From contig JBBPEB010000018.1 of the NCBI GenBank assembly GCA_039096225.1, forward strand, positions 124,001 to 188,000: DNA of 64,000 nt, in the 5' to 3' direction. This DNA comes from Blastocystis sp. Blastoise. Taxonomy: Eukaryota; Protista; Bigyra: Opalinata. Under the pieces are notes generated by a model. That model was not told the origin of the DNA. It ran no database searches and saw only the letters and a list, made by a program, of their open reading frames with translations. Numbering within the stretch: the stretch's first letter is position 1; every line of letters starts with the position of its first letter. Shown here piece by piece: positions 61,144-64,000 of the stretch. A program made the position numbers and the translations under genes.

Positions 61144-61807
61144 TTGTGTTCATTTTGATTACATACTTATATGAATATCTAATCTAGTTGAGAGGTATTC
61201 ATTATATTTTTACTCAATAAACTTCTAAAAGTCATATATATACTAAATAAATCCATAAAAAACCATTAAAATGAAAATAAGAAAGGAATCAACCATACTT
61301 CTAAGAAGAAAGGTAGCTATTTACTAATAGAATATGATCTTATTTTCTTTCAAACGATACAAATGGTTCTTCTGATGTGAATACTCTGGTTTCTAATAAG
61401 ATAATCATCAACAATGACTTTTTCCATATAATGATCTTCACCTTTAGCAGAGACTCCTTAGATATTAGTATTATCGTCAAGAATACGTGTATAAAAAGAA
61501 GAGAGTTGTTTCTATTGATATAATAAAAAAAGTCAAAGGATATATTTCTAATCGAATTCTGTTACTGTTAGTGTGTTATGCCCAATGATTGGTTAGTTGT
61601 TTATGAGAACCCGCGATAATTGATGATAACACACTAAGAAAATTGAAAAATTCACAACCAACTGTCTATTAATCGAAATAACCTCAGAAGTGAGTCTTTC
61701 CCATTTTTTACGAATAGGTCTAGATATCTCAAGAGAACGGTTTATTCTGTTCAAAATATCAACAAAACAAACTACCTATCTTCTTATTTTCCAGTTTACT
61801 TTTTAAA

Positions 61808-62375
61808 ATGCAAGCAGCAGTTACTCGATCACAAAAGATTTATTTCTTTTTCAGAAATTCTATATTTTCTTCCGCTTCTATGGTTGTAGGAGATGTTATA
61901 TGCCAAAAAATTGAAAACAAATCTAAACCTATTGATTGGAGAAGAACATTTAATTTTGGTATAACTGGTTTATTTGTAGCTGGACCTATTGGACACACTA
62001 TTAATGTTGTTTTAGAACGATTAATTCCTGGAGCTACTTTTAAACTATATTATTCTTATATTTAGATTCCTATTTACTTTTATATATATAGTTATTATTT
62101 AATTATCTTACTATTTTAAAATTTATCCTATATGTTATTTTTCTTTATATAGCCAGTCATCTATAAAACTCTTTGTTCTAATTTTATTTCTGTATTTACG
62201 ATGAGCTGTTTGTTTTCTTCTATTTGCCTTTTAGAAGGTAAAGGTATCAAAGGATGTAAAGTATATAACTATACATATCATTTACATATTATTAATAAAG
62301 TAATAGTATTTTAGTTTTTTTAATAATAATATATCTTTTATTATATATATATTTATTTGCTAATTTCATTTTTTT

Positions 62376-62464
<89 letters not shown>

Positions 62465-62837
62465 ATGTTCCTCCCCTATAAGAAAAGTGTAAGCGAGATA
62501 TATTCCCAACATGGGTAGTAGGGAACTTTGTATGGATTCCTTATAATATAGTACAATATTTATTTGTACCTCTATATATGAGACAAATTGTTAGTAGTAC
62601 TTTTGGAAGTATATATTTATATATTTATATTTATATATATTTATATTTATATATTTATATTTATATATTTATATTTATATATTTGTATTTATATATTTAT
62701 TATTGTTATTTTACTATATTATTTATATTTTTTAATTGTTTACTCATATATTAATAGTTTTATATATATTTAATACTATTAATATATTTCCTATAGCATT
62801 ATGGAATATCTTCTTATCGAATCAAGCTGCAAAGTAA
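61808..62837 (+). CDS. Mpv17/PMP22-family membrane protein
   Basis: GDVICQKIE, DWRRTFNFGITG..GPIGH, WIPYNIVQYLFVPLYMR and WNIFLS. Confidence 0.9.
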
Positions 62838-63717
62838 TATGAATAATATATATATATATATATATCATATTCTTCTGTTTATCCCTTTTGTCTTTTGTGT
62901 ATTTTCATCCGTTTCACTTTTCCACTTTTAACATATTTTCTATATCTATTATTTGTTTTGTAATCCTTTCAGTTTTTCTTTTAATATAAATAGTTGATGG
63001 CCAATTTTTTTAAATAATTACACGAAACGTAATAGTCTGCGTAATATCATGAATCTCTTCGTTAATAAAACAAATGTACAAGATAAAGAATTCTTATTAA
63101 TAAAAGCATGAATTATTCATATGAATATTAATTATTTTATAGCATAGGATAGAGAGAATAATTTAAAATATGTTTATAAAATTATACTGAAGATAAAAGA
63201 AATCAGTTTTATAGAAATGTATTTTATACAAAATGTTTTTTATTTTAGTTTATTAAAAAAAAAACAAATAAATCACTTAAAATTTTGAAAAGTAGAATAT
63301 AGCATAGAGAATGCCTAATAAGTACTAATAAGTTTACATATAAATAATTATAATAATGTTGTAATGACAAAAAAAGTAAAAATAATATATACATATACTT
63401 TTGAAAAACAGAATTATATATATAAAAAGAAATCTAAATTTGCTAAAGTATAAATATATATATATATACATTATAATGGATATATAGATATAAAGATATA
63501 GAAGAATTGAAAAAAGGAGATAAATAATGAATAGATACAGATGAAAGTGAAGAAGATATAGTAATATACTTTAATACTATAACAACGACGTATATATACA
63601 TAAATACTCTTAATAAATAATAAATAATTAATAACATAAAAGAATTTAATTAAAAAAAAATTTAAAAAATTAAAACTAAATAAGAATAATAGAAATAATA
63701 GTATAAAAATGCATCGT

Positions 63718-63803
63718 CTATTCAACACTGTAATTATTCACGGATAATCCACACTTCTGAGAGAAATCAACTGGGACATTATCAGAGGTAATAACAGAAT
63801 CAA

Positions 63804-63843
<40 letters not shown>

Positions 63844-64000
63844 TATAGACATAGTATTTTAGAATATCAAAACAATAGTAGTGATTATAAGTATATATAT
63901 AAGTATATACATTAAGAGTACTATAGGTATGTTCAGTAATGAAGGATACAGTAACAGGGAAGAAATCTTCTTCCGTTCCTTCAGTTATATGGAACTCCAT
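63718..64000 (-). CDS. ARCN1: 3' end of coatomer delta subunit (mu-homology domain), partial
   Basis: MEFHI..EDFFPVTVSF..V..PVDFSQKCGLSVNNYSVE-stop matches the delta-COP C-terminus. Confidence 0.75.

Noticed and set aside
63940-63952. GTATCCTT U12-donor-like match on the minus strand
   Set aside because: It lies within conserved delta-COP coding sequence (VTVSFI).

Overview
This is a very AT-rich, intron-dense eukaryotic chromosomal segment read in the standard genetic code. Gene content (legumain, cathepsin B, a bacterial-Ig surface protein, presequence-bearing enzymes), some 30-45 nt introns and candidate U12 introns suggest an anaerobic stramenopile of the Blastocystis group; this is inference. 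About 22 spliced protein genes can be reconstructed by eye: ARM-like protein, SDR, BAG-like protein, V-ATPase A, C2-like protein, PSMG4, a 1.6k-aa surface protein, legumain, cathepsin B, atypical MAPK, DDX10/DBP4, UCP-like carrier, 4TM protein, DNAJA, Rab11, MYSM1-like, BSD protein, DHHC, sirtuin-like protein, VOC/epimerase, Mpv17 and the 3' end of delta-COP. There is also one tRNA-Arg(ACG) and one intact Tc1 (DD34E) transposon. The main signals are: (1) a perfect 4-unit heat-shock element inside the Tc1, upstream of the transposase; (2) unusual intron biology, namely self-complementary (AT)n tracts at both intron ends, two U12-type introns (AT-AC and AT-AG), and about 15 introns whose non-canonical edges copy the spliced exon junction (real biology or an RNA-polishing artefact); (3) several rewired proteins: a pseudo-sirtuin, a TQH MAPK ending in CaaX, a cytosolic-type DNAJA with a presequence, and a legumain with an altered S1 pocket. 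Most short ORFs in the supplied track are microsatellite noise.
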